Part shown: positions 22,319 to 33,827 of the stretch, piece by piece
Layout: every line of letters starts with the position of its first letter
How positions within the stretch are numbered: position 1 is the first letter of the stretch
Assembly: GCA_034521815.1 (NCBI GenBank)
Contig: JAXHLW010000013.1
Coordinates: 928,001-992,000, forward strand
Length of the DNA: 64,000 nucleotides
From: Trueperaceae bacterium
Lineage (GTDB): Bacteria > Deinococcota > Deinococci > Deinococcales > Trueperaceae
Direction: 5' to 3'
Position numbers and translations under genes: made by a program
The notes under the pieces: generated by a model
What the model saw: the letters and a program-made list of their open reading frames with translations, nothing else
What the model was told of the DNA's origin: nothing
Databases searched by the model: none

Positions 22319-22469
22319 CCGACCATGCTACCGCCGAGCGCTCGCCGTGGCTTGCGTGGCGTCGGCGGTTGCCCTACGCTTGCGGTAGGAACGGTCGCCG
22401 TCGGATAGCGCCCAGCGGCGTGGCTGACGACGTCGGTTCGCCCTGCGGACTGCCGACGAGGAGGGCATC

Positions 22470-22688
22470 ATGTGTTGGCTGCTGCTTGCGATCGGCGTCG
22501 CGATGCTGATCATCGGCTCCGTGTTGGTCGTGCGCTTCTTCTCCGCACGTGGCGCGAACGCTCCGGAGACGGCAGGCTCCGGCCGGACCGAGACGATGAT
22601 CCTCGGCGCCATGCTGGCGAGCGTCGGGCTCCTGCTGGGGATCTTGGGGACGACCGGCGCGTTGTGCGCACGTTTCGGGATCGGTTAG
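22470..22688 (+). CDS. small 2-TM membrane protein
   Basis: two hydrophobic helices, RBS GAGGG. Confidence 0.5.
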   Translation: MCWLLLAIGVAMLIIGSVLVVRFFSARGANAPETAGSGRTETMILGAMLASVGLLLGILGTTGALCARFGIG

Positions 22689-22827
22689 GGGCCCGTTGCA
22701 CGTACCGGCCTCGGCCGAGCGCGCGGCGACACGACCGTCGCCCAGATCGCCTGAAAGCCGCCGCGAGGTCGCTAGGATGGAGTAGACGACAGCGGGTCCG
22801 CGCCCGCCGCGGACGACCCGCTTCTCC

Positions 22828-22853
22828 AAGCCCTCGCATCCTCGAGGGCTTTT
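22828..22853 (+). terminator. intrinsic terminator
   Basis: AAGCCCTCG-N6-CGAGGGCTT-TT. Confidence 0.65.
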
Positions 22854-22856
22854 CGC

Positions 22857-22912
22857 GTGTTCGGCGGTCGTTGTTCGGCGGTCGTGTTGGGCGGTCGTGC
22901 TGGGAGGTCGTG
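22857..22912. repeat. imperfect tandem repeat, about 4 x 13-14 bp (GTGTTCGGCGGTC)
   Basis: gtgttcggcggtc gttgttcggcggtc gtgttgggcggtc gtgctgggaggtc. Confidence 0.65.
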
Positions 22913-23001
22913 ATCGACTCGCACGGACATGGCCGCGCGCGACGCCGCGCCGTGGCCCCGCTGCCGACCGCTGGTACGGTCGGCCCCGAGGGAGGCTGAA
23001 C

Positions 23002-23586
23002 ATGCTCATGACGATTAGAACGGTGGTTTCGCTCGCCTTGGCGCTGGTACTGACCGGCGCCCTCGCTCAGGACGCGGTCGTGCTCGAGGGTCGGCTGCCC
23101 GCCGACGTCCCGGACGACGTCGCCGTCGAGGCGCGGATCGGCACCGACCTTCAGGGGATCGTGCCCGAACCGGTCGCGATCGCTGTGGTCGAGGACGGGA
23201 GCTTCCGGCTGGAGCTGCCCGACGCCGTGGACCCGGCTCTGCTCGAGGCGGAAACCGTCGACTGCGCCCGCGAGCGAACGATCGACGCCGTGTTCCTGCC
23301 CTACCTCACGCTCGTGAAGGACGGCGAGGCCATCGGGCAGCTGGTGCACACCGACGTTCCGCGCGAGCTGTGGGGCTACGCCGGCCCGCCACGAAACGCC
23401 TCCTGGATGTACACGCCCGATGCGGCGACGGTCGTCGAGGAGTGCGCGAGCGAGCGTCTGGAGCTCACCTTCGAGCCCGGCTGGAACGCGTTCGTGGTGC
23501 TCGCGGGACAGGACGGCACCACCGTCACGACGGCCGCACCCCCCGCGTCGTTCCGCTGGATCTTCGTGCCGGACGGAGGACCGTGA
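23002..23586 (+). CDS. secreted hypothetical protein
   Basis: GGAGG RBS, signal peptide ending ALA-Q, PGWN motif. Confidence 0.65.
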   Translation: MLMTIRTVVSLALALVLTGALAQDAVVLEGRLPADVPDDVAVEARIGTDLQGIVPEPVAIAVVEDGSFRLELPDAVDPALLEAETVDCARERTIDAVFLPYLTLVKDGEAIGQLVHTDVPRELWGYAGPPRNASWMYTPDAATVVEECASERLELTFEPGWNAFVVLAGQDGTTVTTAAPPASFRWIFVPDGGP

Positions 23587-23680
23587 GCGTGCGGCTCGAA
23601 CGACGCCGCATCGGCCTCCACGCCGCCGAGTACATGCGTCCCTAGCCCGCCTGGACACCGTCGGTCACGGTGGACCTACG

Positions 23681-24256
23681 ATGACGATCTCTTTGATCCT
23701 CGCCCACCCGAACCCGGACAGCCTGAACCATGCGCTGGCCCGGTCGGTCTTCGCCGCGCTACGTGAAAGCGGTCACGACGTCGTGGTCCACGACCTGTAC
23801 CACGAGCGGTTCGATCCGTGCCTGACGGCCGGCGAGATCGCCACGCACCGATCCGACGACCCCCTGGTGGAACGGCACGCCGCCGAGATCCAGGGAGCGG
23901 ACGGCCTGGTTCTGATCCATCCCAACTGGTTCGATCAGCCGCCGGCCATCCTCAAGGGATGGGTGGACCGCGTGATCCGCGACGGCACCGCCTTTCGCCG
24001 GACGGCCGACGGCGGCTTCGAAGGCCTGTTGGACATCGGCGCCGCGCTTCTCGTCACGACCGCGAACGCGCCGTACGACGCGGCGGCCGGCGACGCGATC
24101 GACGCGTTCTGGAAGGGCTTCGTGCTGCCGATCTGCGGCGTGTCCACGGTCGAGCGGCTGCACCTCACGCCGGTGGTCGCGAGCTCGCTGGAGCAGCGCC
24201 GGGCGTGGCTCGACGAGGCCGCAGAACGCGCGCAGGCGCTGTTCCCGGCCGGCTGA
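23681..24256 (+). CDS. NAD(P)H-dependent quinone oxidoreductase (flavodoxin-2 fold)
   Basis: AHPNPDSLN, HDLY.E.FDP, PAILKGWVDRV. Confidence 0.88.
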   Translation: MTISLILAHPNPDSLNHALARSVFAALRESGHDVVVHDLYHERFDPCLTAGEIATHRSDDPLVERHAAEIQGADGLVLIHPNWFDQPPAILKGWVDRVIRDGTAFRRTADGGFEGLLDIGAALLVTTANAPYDAAAGDAIDAFWKGFVLPICGVSTVERLHLTPVVASSLEQRRAWLDEAAERAQALFPAG

Positions 24257-24654
24257 CGAGAGGCTCGTGGCCAGGGCAGTACGAAAGCCCGTCCCGCCAA
24301 GGTTCAGCCGTCAGTCGCAACGCCTTTTTCGGTCGAGTGAAGCTTCTCGGTTAGATCTTTGGCGACGACCGGCGTCCAGATCGTCCCAGCCATAGCGACT
24401 GAGGTCTCCAATTCTAGGACCGGGACCCCACCGCACGTGGCAGCCCGGAGGCCCGGGCGCCCGCATGAACGACCAGCAGAAACAGTTCCGAACCCTATCC
24501 CTCCGCTCCGGTTGCGCTACGGTTCAAAACCCCCGCAAATTGACAACTGGTCGTGCATGGACTACCATCCATGCATCATTAACGGTCCATATGTAGACAC
24601 TAATAAGCCATATTTGGACATGCAGCCGCTGGACCCCGCGATGGGCCGACGCAG

Positions 24655-25985
24655 ATGACGTCGACACGCGTTCTGGTGATCGGGCCCGGCGACCACGCTC
24701 ACGCCATCGCCGAGTTGGCACGCGAGCGATTTCCCGATCTCCAGCTGACCCCGTGCGTCTACGAGGACGAGGAGGCCGCGCCCGAGGTTTTCGCAGGCAA
24801 CTGGCGACACCACACCGTCGCCCTGTTCACAGGACCGGCCCCGTACTACGCGGCGACCGAGGTGCACGGCCAGCCGATTCCCGCGGTCTTCGTGCCCTTC
24901 ACCGGTGCAACCCTCGTGCGAACCTTGTTCGAGATCGTGCGATCGACGGGCCATGTTCCCGGAATGACGATCGACTCCGTCGATCGAAAGGGAGTCGACG
25001 ACACGCTCCTGGAGCTAGACATCGACCCAAGCGTCGCGGAGCTGCTCGAATACCGCCACACTCCATCGCGGGCCGAGATCGTCGCGTTCCATGGCAAGGC
25101 TCAGCAGGAGGGCCGAGCGACCTGGGCGCTTACCGGCCTCAGAAGCGCATACGAGCAGTTGCGCAGCGAGGGGTACGGCGTCCGGCGAATCGAGCCGCCC
25201 GTCGCGACCTGGATGAGCACGTTGAATCGTGCCCGGGACCGGGGGCGTCTATGGATCGCTCGACGACACCAATTGGTGACCGTGCTGGTGGAGATCGACC
25301 CTCCATCACTGAACGGAGACGGAACGACCGTGCGTGACGACGTCGCCCGCCTCGCGATGGCGCTCGATTCCCATCCCGTCGAGCTAAGCGGCGGGCGTTA
25401 TCTTCTCCTGACCACGAGAGGCATGGTCGAAGACCAGTGGAACGGTGGGCTCTACGCCGCTGCCCTGACCACGTTCCCGACCGTGTGGCCTCGGGGCGCA
25501 CGCGCCCATATCGGCGTAGGCATCGGATTCTCCGCGCGACAGTCCCACGAGCACGCCCGGCAGGCTCTGGCCCGAGGTCGCGCGCAGGCACCGTGTGGCA
25601 GTCGTTCGTGATCGACAGCGACAAGACCTTCACTGGCCCCGTCGGCAGCGAAGACACGAACCGCTTCACCTTACGAAGCACATCGCCGATCGTCCGCAAG
25701 TACGCAGAAGCGTGCGATCTCGGGACAGCGCAGATGGAGCGCGTGCTCACCGCGATGACCCGAATAGGAAGCGATGCCTTCAGCACCAATGAAATCGCAC
25801 CCCTTCTCCAGATGACCCCACGCAACACCCGGCGCATCCTCACCAAGCTCGAGACGGCAGGGCTCATCCAGCTCGTCGGCTCCGAACAGGTGCACCTGCG
25901 CGGCCGTCCGCGCCGCGTCTATCGAAGCCAGCTTCCCGACGCCCTATCGGAGGGCGCATCGACCCCAGACGAGGTGATCGTGTGA
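24655..25985 (+). CDS. transcriptional regulator with degenerate GGDEF-like and C-terminal HTH domains, frameshifted near 25590
   Basis: LFTGPAPY, GIG.S, EIAPLLQMTPRNTRRILTKLE..G, RGRPRRVY. Confidence 0.65.
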
Positions 25986-27482
25986 ACGACGTCCGTGGCC
26001 TTCATCACGTCCGCGCGCTGCTCGACCGCTTCGGCGGGACGTTGCCGCACTTCATCGCTGGACGCCCCCAAGCGGCAGGGGACGACGGCGGTCCGATCGT
26101 CAGTCCGGTGGACGGCCGCGAACTCGGCCGGCTGTCGGAGGCAGGCGACGCGGAGGTAGACGCAGGCGGTGACCGCGGCGACCGAAGCCCAGTCGCGCTG
26201 GTGGGCCAAGGCTCCCGGTGCGCGTAGGGAGGCGATGCGGGACTTCGCGGACGCCCTACTCGCGCACCGCGACGAACTCGGATGGTTGGACACGTGGGAT
26301 GCGGGACGACCCGTCCGCGACACCGTGACGCGCGATGTCGACCGTATCGTGGACACCGTTCGCTACTTCGCCGGCCTTCCCGAGGCGATGCGCGGGGCCG
26401 TGGTCCCGACGGACCGGTCACGCGTCAACTTCACCCTGCGTGAGCCTTTGGGCGTCGTAGCGGCGATCGTTCCCTGGAACTACCCCATGGTCAACGCGAT
26501 CACCAAACTGGCTCCAGCGCTGGCGACGGGCAATGCCGTCGTGCTCAAACCCGCCGAGCAGGCCCCTCTGAGCGCGTTCCGGATCGCCGAGCTCGCGGTG
26601 CTGGCGGGGCTTCCCGAGGGCCTCGTCAACGTCGTCAACGGAAGCGGACCCGGTGCCGGCTGGCGCCTCGTCAACCACCCAGGCGTGTCGAAGATCGCCT
26701 TCACCGGCTCGACTCCGGTCGGGCGCAAGATCGCCGCTGCAGCGGGAGGAGGCTCGTTCCGGTGACGCTCGAACTCGGTGGCAAGACGCCGAACATCGTG
26801 TTCGACGATGCGGACCTCGATCGAGCGCTCGACGCCGCGCTGTTCACCGTCTTCATGAATCAGGGGCAAACCTGCACCGCCGGGACACGGCTCCTGGTCC
26901 AACGTCGCGTCGCCGAGGAGTTCGAGGACCGCCTCGTGGAACGTGCGGCTGGCCCTGAGTGGTCGGGGATCCCACGGACCCCGAGACGGCGATCGGACCG
27001 CTGGTCTCCGAAGGTCAACTGGACAGGGCCCGTCGGTATGTCGAACGGGGCACCGACGAGGGGGCGCGTCTCGCGACGGGAGGAACCCGACTCGACCATC
27101 CCGGCTTCTACCTGAACCCGACGGTGTTCGTGAATGTCGAACCGACGATGGCGATCGCGCGCGAGGAGATTTTCGGACCCGTTCTGAGCGTCCTGCGATT
27201 CGATGACGAAGACGAGGCAGTGGCGATGGCCAATGCGAGTTCTTTCGGGCTCGCCGCGGCGGCGTGGACGCGAGACGTGCAACGCAGCTTCCGGCTCGTG
27301 CGGAGTCTGCAGTCGGGTCTCGTGCGATCAACACGATCCACGCACTGGCACCGAACTCACCGTATGGAGGGCACAAGGACAGCGGTGTCGGCAAGGAGAT
27401 GGGGATCGAGGCCATCGAAGAGTTCACGCGCGTGAAGTCGGCGTGGTTCGGTGTCGCGCCGTGGGAGACGCCATGGACGTGA
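25982..27482 (+). CDS. aldehyde dehydrogenase, several frameshifts
   Basis: PWNYP, LKPAEQ, FTGST, LELGGK, NQGQTCTAG, EEIFGP, YGGHKDSG.G.E. Confidence 0.9.
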
Positions 27483-28794
27483 CGACGACGGACCGTTGGG
27501 TCGCCGACCTCGCTGAGCGGCGCGGCGCCGCATGGGAGTCCGTGCGCCGTCGGATCCATGCCAAGCCCGAGCTGGGCTGGCTCGAGTACCACACCGCCTC
27601 GATCGCAGCGGCGCTGTTGCGAGAGCACGGCTGGCGCGTGCGGTCAGGCTCCGATCTGCTCGAGCCTACGGTCGCGTACGGACGACCGAGCAAGGACGCG
27701 ATCGCTCGCGCGAGGGAGCAGGCCGCGACATGGGTGCCCTCGATGACGTGACGAGCGCGGAATCGACCGCCATCGTGGCTGACCTCGACACGGGTCGACC
27801 CGGGCCGCACGTGGCGTTCCGATTCGATCTCGATGCCCTTCCCATCGAAGAAAGCCGAGAACATACGCATCGCCCGACGAAAGAAGGCTTCGCGAGCTCG
27901 GTTCGGGGCGTGATGCATGCGTGTGGCCACGACGCGCACACCGCCATCGGCCTCGGCGTCGCCGAGGTTCTAGCGGCCCTGGCCACGGAAGAACGGCTCG
28001 TCGGTCGCTTCACGCTCCTGTTCCAACCTGCGGAGGAGGGAGGGCGCGGTGGTCGATCGTTGGCCGCGGGCTCCGGACTCGGCGGGGTCGATGCTCTCGT
28101 CTGCATTCATCTCGGTCTGATGGCGACCGGCATCGACCAGCTCGTAGCGGGTGCAGTAGACCTTCTCGCGTCGATCAAGCTTCGTGCGTCGATCGTTGGC
28201 GTCGGCGCCCACGCGGGACTCGCGCCGCAGGATGGCCGCAACGCGCTCCTCGCCGCGGCAAGCGCTGCGCTTGCGGTTCACACGCTCGCTCAGAGCGCGC
28301 AGCCTGGGGTGCGCGTGAACGTCGGCCGGCTGCACGCTGGCGAGGCGCCGAACATCGTCCCTTCGAGCGCCACGCTCGATCTGGAAGCACGCGCTTCGGA
28401 CGACGTCACGCTCGAGGAGCTAGAACGCCGTGTACGGGCGGCGGTAGAGGGCTCGGCGGCCGCCTTCGAGTGCTCATCCTCATGGACCGTGCTGGGGCGC
28501 ACGGCGTCGGCGAGCAGCGATCCGGAGCTCGCCGACGTGGTGGAGGTCGCTGCTTCCGATCTCGGTCTGTGGGACGACGTGCGTCGACGTGCGCCGTTCG
28601 GAGCGAGCGAGGATGCGAGCTGGCTCATGCGTTCGGTGCAGGCCCGCGGCGGTCGCGCCTGCTACGCCGTGGTGGGAGCCGACGTCGTGGGCGGCCATCA
28701 CACGTCCACCTTCGACGTGAGCGATCAGGCCGTGACCCGCTCGGTCCGACTCTTGGCCGCCGTCGCCGCTCGGATCGGAGGCCCGACGACATGA
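27473..28794 (+). CDS. M20D amidohydrolase (AbgA/hippurate hydrolase-like), frameshifted
   Basis: IHAKPELGWLE, RFDLDALP, MHACGHDAH, FQPAEEG, SED, HH..FD. Confidence 0.88.
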
Positions 28795-30291
28795 ACGTGC
28801 CTCTCCTGGACGTCGCGGCCCTCAGCAAAGGATTCCCTGGGGTGCAAGCGCTCGACGTGGTCGACTTCGACGTTCGCTCGGGAGAGGTCCACGCGCTTCT
28901 CGGCGCGAACGGAGCCGGAAAAAGCACCCTGATCAAGATCCTTGCTGGCGTGCAGACACCGGACGACGGCACGATCGCCATCGACGGACGGACGGTCGAG
29001 ATACCGAACCCGAAGGCGGCTCGCGACCTCGGCATCAGTGTGATCTTCCAAGACTTTTCCTTGGTGACCAATCTCAGCGTGGCCGAGAACATCTATCTTG
29101 GTGACGAGAGGCGCACCCGCGTAGGCACGATCGACTGGGAAGAAACGTACCGGAACGCGTCCGACCTCCTCCGGCGCTTGAGCGTCGGCTTCGATCCCAG
29201 GGAGCTCGTGCGCGACCTCGGCACCGGCGAACGACAGTTGGTGGAAATCGCCAAAGCCCTTCGCACGAAGGCGCGGATTCTGATTCTGGACGAGCCCACG
29301 GCTGCGCTGAGCAAGAGCGAGTCCACGCAGCTGCTCGAACAGGTGCATGCCCTCAAGGCGCAGGGCGTGGGCATCGTCTACGTGACGCACCGTCTCGAAG
29401 AAGTCGAGGGACTCATCGACCGGGTGACGATCCTACGGGATGGCCGCAGCGCCGGGACGTACGACGCAACGGACGTCGACAGCGACCGAATCGTCGGCAT
29501 GATGGTCGGCGAGATTCTCAGTGTCGACGAAGACCTGCAGGCCGTACCGACCGACCCTGGTCCCGTGCTGCTCGCCGCACAAGGCCTGACGCGCACGGGC
29601 GAGTTCGCGTCGGTCGACCTGCAGCTTGATCGGCGAGATCACGGTGCTCACAGGTCTCGTCGGTTCGGGCCGCACCGAACTCCTCGAAACGTTGTTCGGT
29701 GCCCGCAGGCCGTCGGCAGGCGAGGTGCGAATCTCGGATGCAGCGCACGGCGTCCGGAGCACACGCGACGCCATTCGCTCAGGCATCGCCTTGATCCCTG
29801 AAGACCGACGCGGCCAAGGCGTCGTCGAGCTCATGCCGATCTTCAAGAACGTGACGTTGGCATCGCTCGACCGGGACATGGTGGCCGGCACCCTCCGCCC
29901 CCAGCGAGAACGCGTTCGGACACGTCGGCTCATGGACGGGCTGGCCGTGAAGGCGACCGGTCCCGATGCGCTCACGCGCACGCTTTCGGGCGGAAACCAG
30001 CAGAAGGTCGCGCTGGCGAAGTGGCTCGCGACAGATGCCCGCGTACTCCTGTTCGACGAGCCGACGCAGGGCCTCGACGTGCGTGCGAAAGCGGACATTC
30101 ATCGCATCATTCACGGCCTCGCCGAAGCGGGTGCGGCCGTCCTCATCGTCTCCTCCGACCTCGAGGAAGCACTCGGGCTCGCCGAACGCGTACTCGTCAT
30201 GCACTCTGGCCGTCTCGTGGCCGAGTTCCGCGACCCGCCCTTCGAACCCGAAGCCGTGATGGAGGCGATCACCATGGGAGATCAGGCATGA
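28791..30291 (+). CDS. sugar ABC transporter ATP-binding protein (RbsA-like), frameshift near 29625
   Basis: GANGAGKST, LDEPTAAL, LSGGNQQKV, DEPTQGLDV. Confidence 0.9.
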
Positions 30292-31304
30292 CCGAACGTT
30301 CAGACGACGCATCCTCTTCCGAGCGGACGACGAGCCGGCCACGGTTCTGGAGCCGCATCGACGTGGGAAATCTCGGCCCTTTGATCGCACTGATCGTGAT
30401 GTTCGTCATCTACTCCACCCTCACGCCGAACTTCCTGACCGTCTCGAATATCACGAACGTCCTCGTCCAGAGCGCGGCGCTGACCGTCCTCGCTGCCGGA
30501 CAGACGTTCCCCGTCCTGAGCGCCGGGCTCGATCTCTCACAGGGCTCGATCGTCAGCCTCGTCAGCGTCGTGACGGCAGGCACGATCCTCAACTTCGGCC
30601 TCGTCCCTGGACTGATCGCGGGCGTCGCGACGGGGGTCGCGGTGGGACTCCTTTCGGGGGTTCTCGTCGGACTCGCACGCATCCAGCCGTTCATCGTGAC
30701 GCTGGGGATGCTCTACGTCGGGTCGGGAGCCGCCATGGTGTTCACCGACGGCTCGGTCATCTTCGGACTGCCCGAGCCCGCCGTCAGTCGCTTCTTCTGG
30801 CTGGGTGGCGGCTTCATCGGCCCCATTCCGGTCCCCGTCCTGATCGCGGCCATCGTCGTCGCCCTGATCTACTTCGTACTCAACTACACGCGATTCGGCC
30901 GGCACGTGTATGCCGTGGGCGGCAACGCCCAGGTGGCTCACATGTCAGGCGTTCCCGTGGCGTGGGTGAAAGTCGGAATCTACATGATCAGCGGAGGCCT
31001 CGCCGGCCTCGGTGGCATCCTCTTGAGCGCCCGCGTCATATCCGGACAGCCCTTGCTGGGTTCGGGCGACCTTCTGCTGCTCTCGATCGGCGCCGTCATC
31101 ATCGGAGGAACCAGTATCTTCGGTGGCGAAGGCGGCGTCCTGCGAACGGTGGTGGGTGTCCTCGTGATCGCCTTCATGGTCAACGGACTCAATCTTCTCG
31201 CGATATCGACCTTCATGCAGTCGATCATCGTCGGAGCCATCATCATTGCGTCGGTTTGGGCGAACACCATTCGCTCGAGGCGCAAGGTCGGGGGGGCGCC
31301 GTGA
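30288..31304 (+). CDS. sugar ABC transporter permease (RbsC-like)
   Basis: GLDLSQG, PFIVTLG, TRFGRHVYAVGGN, AVIIGGTS..GG.G. Confidence 0.9.
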   Translation: MTERSDDASSSERTTSRPRFWSRIDVGNLGPLIALIVMFVIYSTLTPNFLTVSNITNVLVQSAALTVLAAGQTFPVLSAGLDLSQGSIVSLVSVVTAGTILNFGLVPGLIAGVATGVAVGLLSGVLVGLARIQPFIVTLGMLYVGSGAAMVFTDGSVIFGLPEPAVSRFFWLGGGFIGPIPVPVLIAAIVVALIYFVLNYTRFGRHVYAVGGNAQVAHMSGVPVAWVKVGIYMISGGLAGLGGILLSARVISGQPLLGSGDLLLLSIGAVIIGGTSIFGGEGGVLRTVVGVLVIAFMVNGLNLLAISTFMQSIIVGAIIIASVWANTIRSRRKVGGAP

Positions 31305-31373
31305 CCTAGCAACCTTTGCGATCCGCGCATTCGGCTCGACGACCCTCGTCTTCCCCACTCCAGGAGGTTGAAC

Positions 31374-32359
31374 ATGGCCAGTTTCACTCCAAAAGCACGC
31401 ATCTTCGCAACGCTTCTCTCAGCTCTCGTCGTCGCCATCGCGGCACTCGCCTCGACGGCATTCGCACAGGACTCGAAGGGCGAGATCGCGGTGCTGCTCC
31501 CGGCCGCCGGCGATCCCTACTTCGCGCTCAAGAGCTTCGGCTACATCGACGAAGGTCGAACAGTTGGGCTACGACGTCACCATCTTCGACGCCGGTGGCT
31601 ATGGCAACCTCAGTCGACAGGTGTCCCAGATCGAAGACGTGATCGAGCGTGGGGTCGCCGCCATCGTTCTGGTCCCGGCGAGTTCCGAGGGAACGGTGCC
31701 TGCCGTGGAGCGGGCGGTTGCGGCTGGGATTCCAGTCATCAACGACGGCATCGCGACTCAGAGCGACATGGTCACGGGATTCGTCGGCGAAGACTCGTAT
31801 GTCATGGCCGAGCTGCTCGCCGCATACCTCGTGAACGAGACCGGCGGCGAAGCCGATATCGCCATGCTTCTCGGTCCGGCCGGGCTCGACCTGACCCTGT
31901 TCCGCCAGAACGGCTTCATGGACTACATCGCGAAGTACCCCGGGATGAACATCGTCGCCGAGAAGTTCACCGGGACCGCCTCGTTCGAGGCGCTCAATGC
32001 CATGCAGGACTTCCTGCAAGCGAATCCAGGCATCGATGCCGTCTACACGTTCAACGGACCCATCGCGATCGGCGCGGTCCAAGCGCTTCGTGCTGCGGGA
32101 AGCAGCCTGGCGACGTACTCGTCGTCACGACCGACCTCGAAGTCGAAACGGACCGCCTCATGCGTGACGGCTGGATCCAGGCGACGACCGTCAGCCAGCC
32201 CGTGACCATGGCTCGCCTCGCCGTACGGCGTGCGATCGAAGCAGCCGAAGGCGAAGACATCCCGAGCACGACCCTTACGCAAGAGAGCCTCATCACCCGG
32301 TCCACGCTCGACACCGTGGACCTGAGTGGTCAGGAGGTTCCTGAAGACTGGAGCGCTAG
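31374..32359 (+). CDS. sugar ABC substrate-binding protein (RbsB-like), frameshifted; end approximate
   Basis: signal peptide; DPYF, AIVLVP, AGIPVI, NPGIDAVY. Confidence 0.82.
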
Positions 32360-32435
32360 TCTCGACCCCCTCGGCAACAAGCAGAAGATGGTGGGTCGTC
32401 GTTGCGACGGCCCACCGAATTCGGAAAGGACTGAC

Positions 32436-33633
32436 GTGTCCACGCGTATCACCGACTTCGACGGTTCCGCCATCCCTCGTCGCATCCTGAGCGGCCGCGG
32501 GTCCACGTCGCGCTTGGAGGGTGCCGTCGACGACGAGGGATTCACCCGCGTCCTCATCGTCACGAGCCCATCCGTCGCCTCGACCAGCGGCCACATCGAC
32601 AAGCTCGCCTCGACGTTGGGCTTCCCGACTCGTCGGCGTCTTTTCCGGCACACGACCGCACGCGCCCGTTCCGGCCCTGAACGAAGCGACCGCGTACGCG
32701 ACCGAAGTAGGTGCCGACGCCGTGCTCTCCGTCGGCGGCGGAGCGGTGCACGATACAGCCAAGGCCGTCGCCCTGATGGCAGCGACGGGCAGAGACATCC
32801 GGGATCTGGCGAACCGCTTCGAGCCCCCCGATACGTTCATCGCACCGACGATCGAGGTCGAGCCCCTCCCCGTCCTCACGATGCCCAGCACGTTCAGTGC
32901 GGCGGACGTCGTCGGCGGCGGCGCGTTCACCGACGCCGACAGCGGACTCAAGCACATCTTCGTGCACCCGATGCTGACACCACGAATCGTGGTCCTCGAC
33001 GGCGATTTCGCCGCGACGACGCCCGACGCCATTTTGCGGCCCTCCGCGATGAACGCCGTGCACCACTGCGTCGAAGCGATCGCCTCGAAGGGCCATCAGC
33101 CCGTTACGGACGCCTTCGCGCTGAGAGCGCTTCGTCTCTTGGCTACTGCCGCACCGAGACTCGCGACGGTGGATGGCGACGCACGCTCCGACGTGATCCA
33201 GGTCGCGCTGGAGGCCGCTGCTCTCTCCGGCATGACCTACGGGAACTCGTGGCTCGGCCTTGGGCATGCGATCTGCCACAGCCTAGGCGGACGCTACGGC
33301 CTGTCGCACGCCGAAGCCAACTCGGTCATCATGCCCATGACGATGCGGTTCAACGCGACCGAAGCAGCGGACCGCCTTGCGCTCGTAGCACAGGGCCTGG
33401 GGGCATCGTTCCCCGAAGGCTCGGACGCGGCAGCCGCAGCCTTCGCTATCGCCTTCGTCGAGCACCTGGCGCGAACGCTCGGGCTTCCCGGCACACTCTC
33501 CGAGATCGGCCTGCCCGAGGGCCAAGAGGAAGCGATCGCTACCGACGCCATGGCCGACCCCCAGACGTTCTGGAATCCCCGTGAGGTGACCCGAGAGGAC
33601 GTCATCGGAATCGTGAGACGCGCCTACCGTTGA
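32436..33633 (+). CDS. iron-containing alcohol dehydrogenase (maleylacetate reductase-like), frameshifted
   Basis: VGGGAVHDTAKA, NAVHHCVEA, GLGHAICHSLGG..GLSHAEAN, NPR. Confidence 0.88.
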
Positions 33634-33827
33634 TCGATGGGCCCGTCCACTAGGTGACGGTTGCTGCATCAATTCGCCGTCCCGGCTCGAACGACACGGG
33701 ATCGTCCTGCCCTCGCGGCGTCTCGGCGACCGAGGTTCGGAGCGCGCAGGCATTGGTGCCGCTGCCTACCGAAAACTAGGTAGAGCCCGGCCTACACTGC
33801 TGTGGTGTCCAGAGTCGAGGCGCCCGC

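Noticed and set aside
22724-22822. Guanidine-II (mini-ykkC) riboswitch from ACGA loops
   Set aside because: Hairpin geometry is imperfect, a competing long stem is stronger, and the downstream gene is not guanidine-related.
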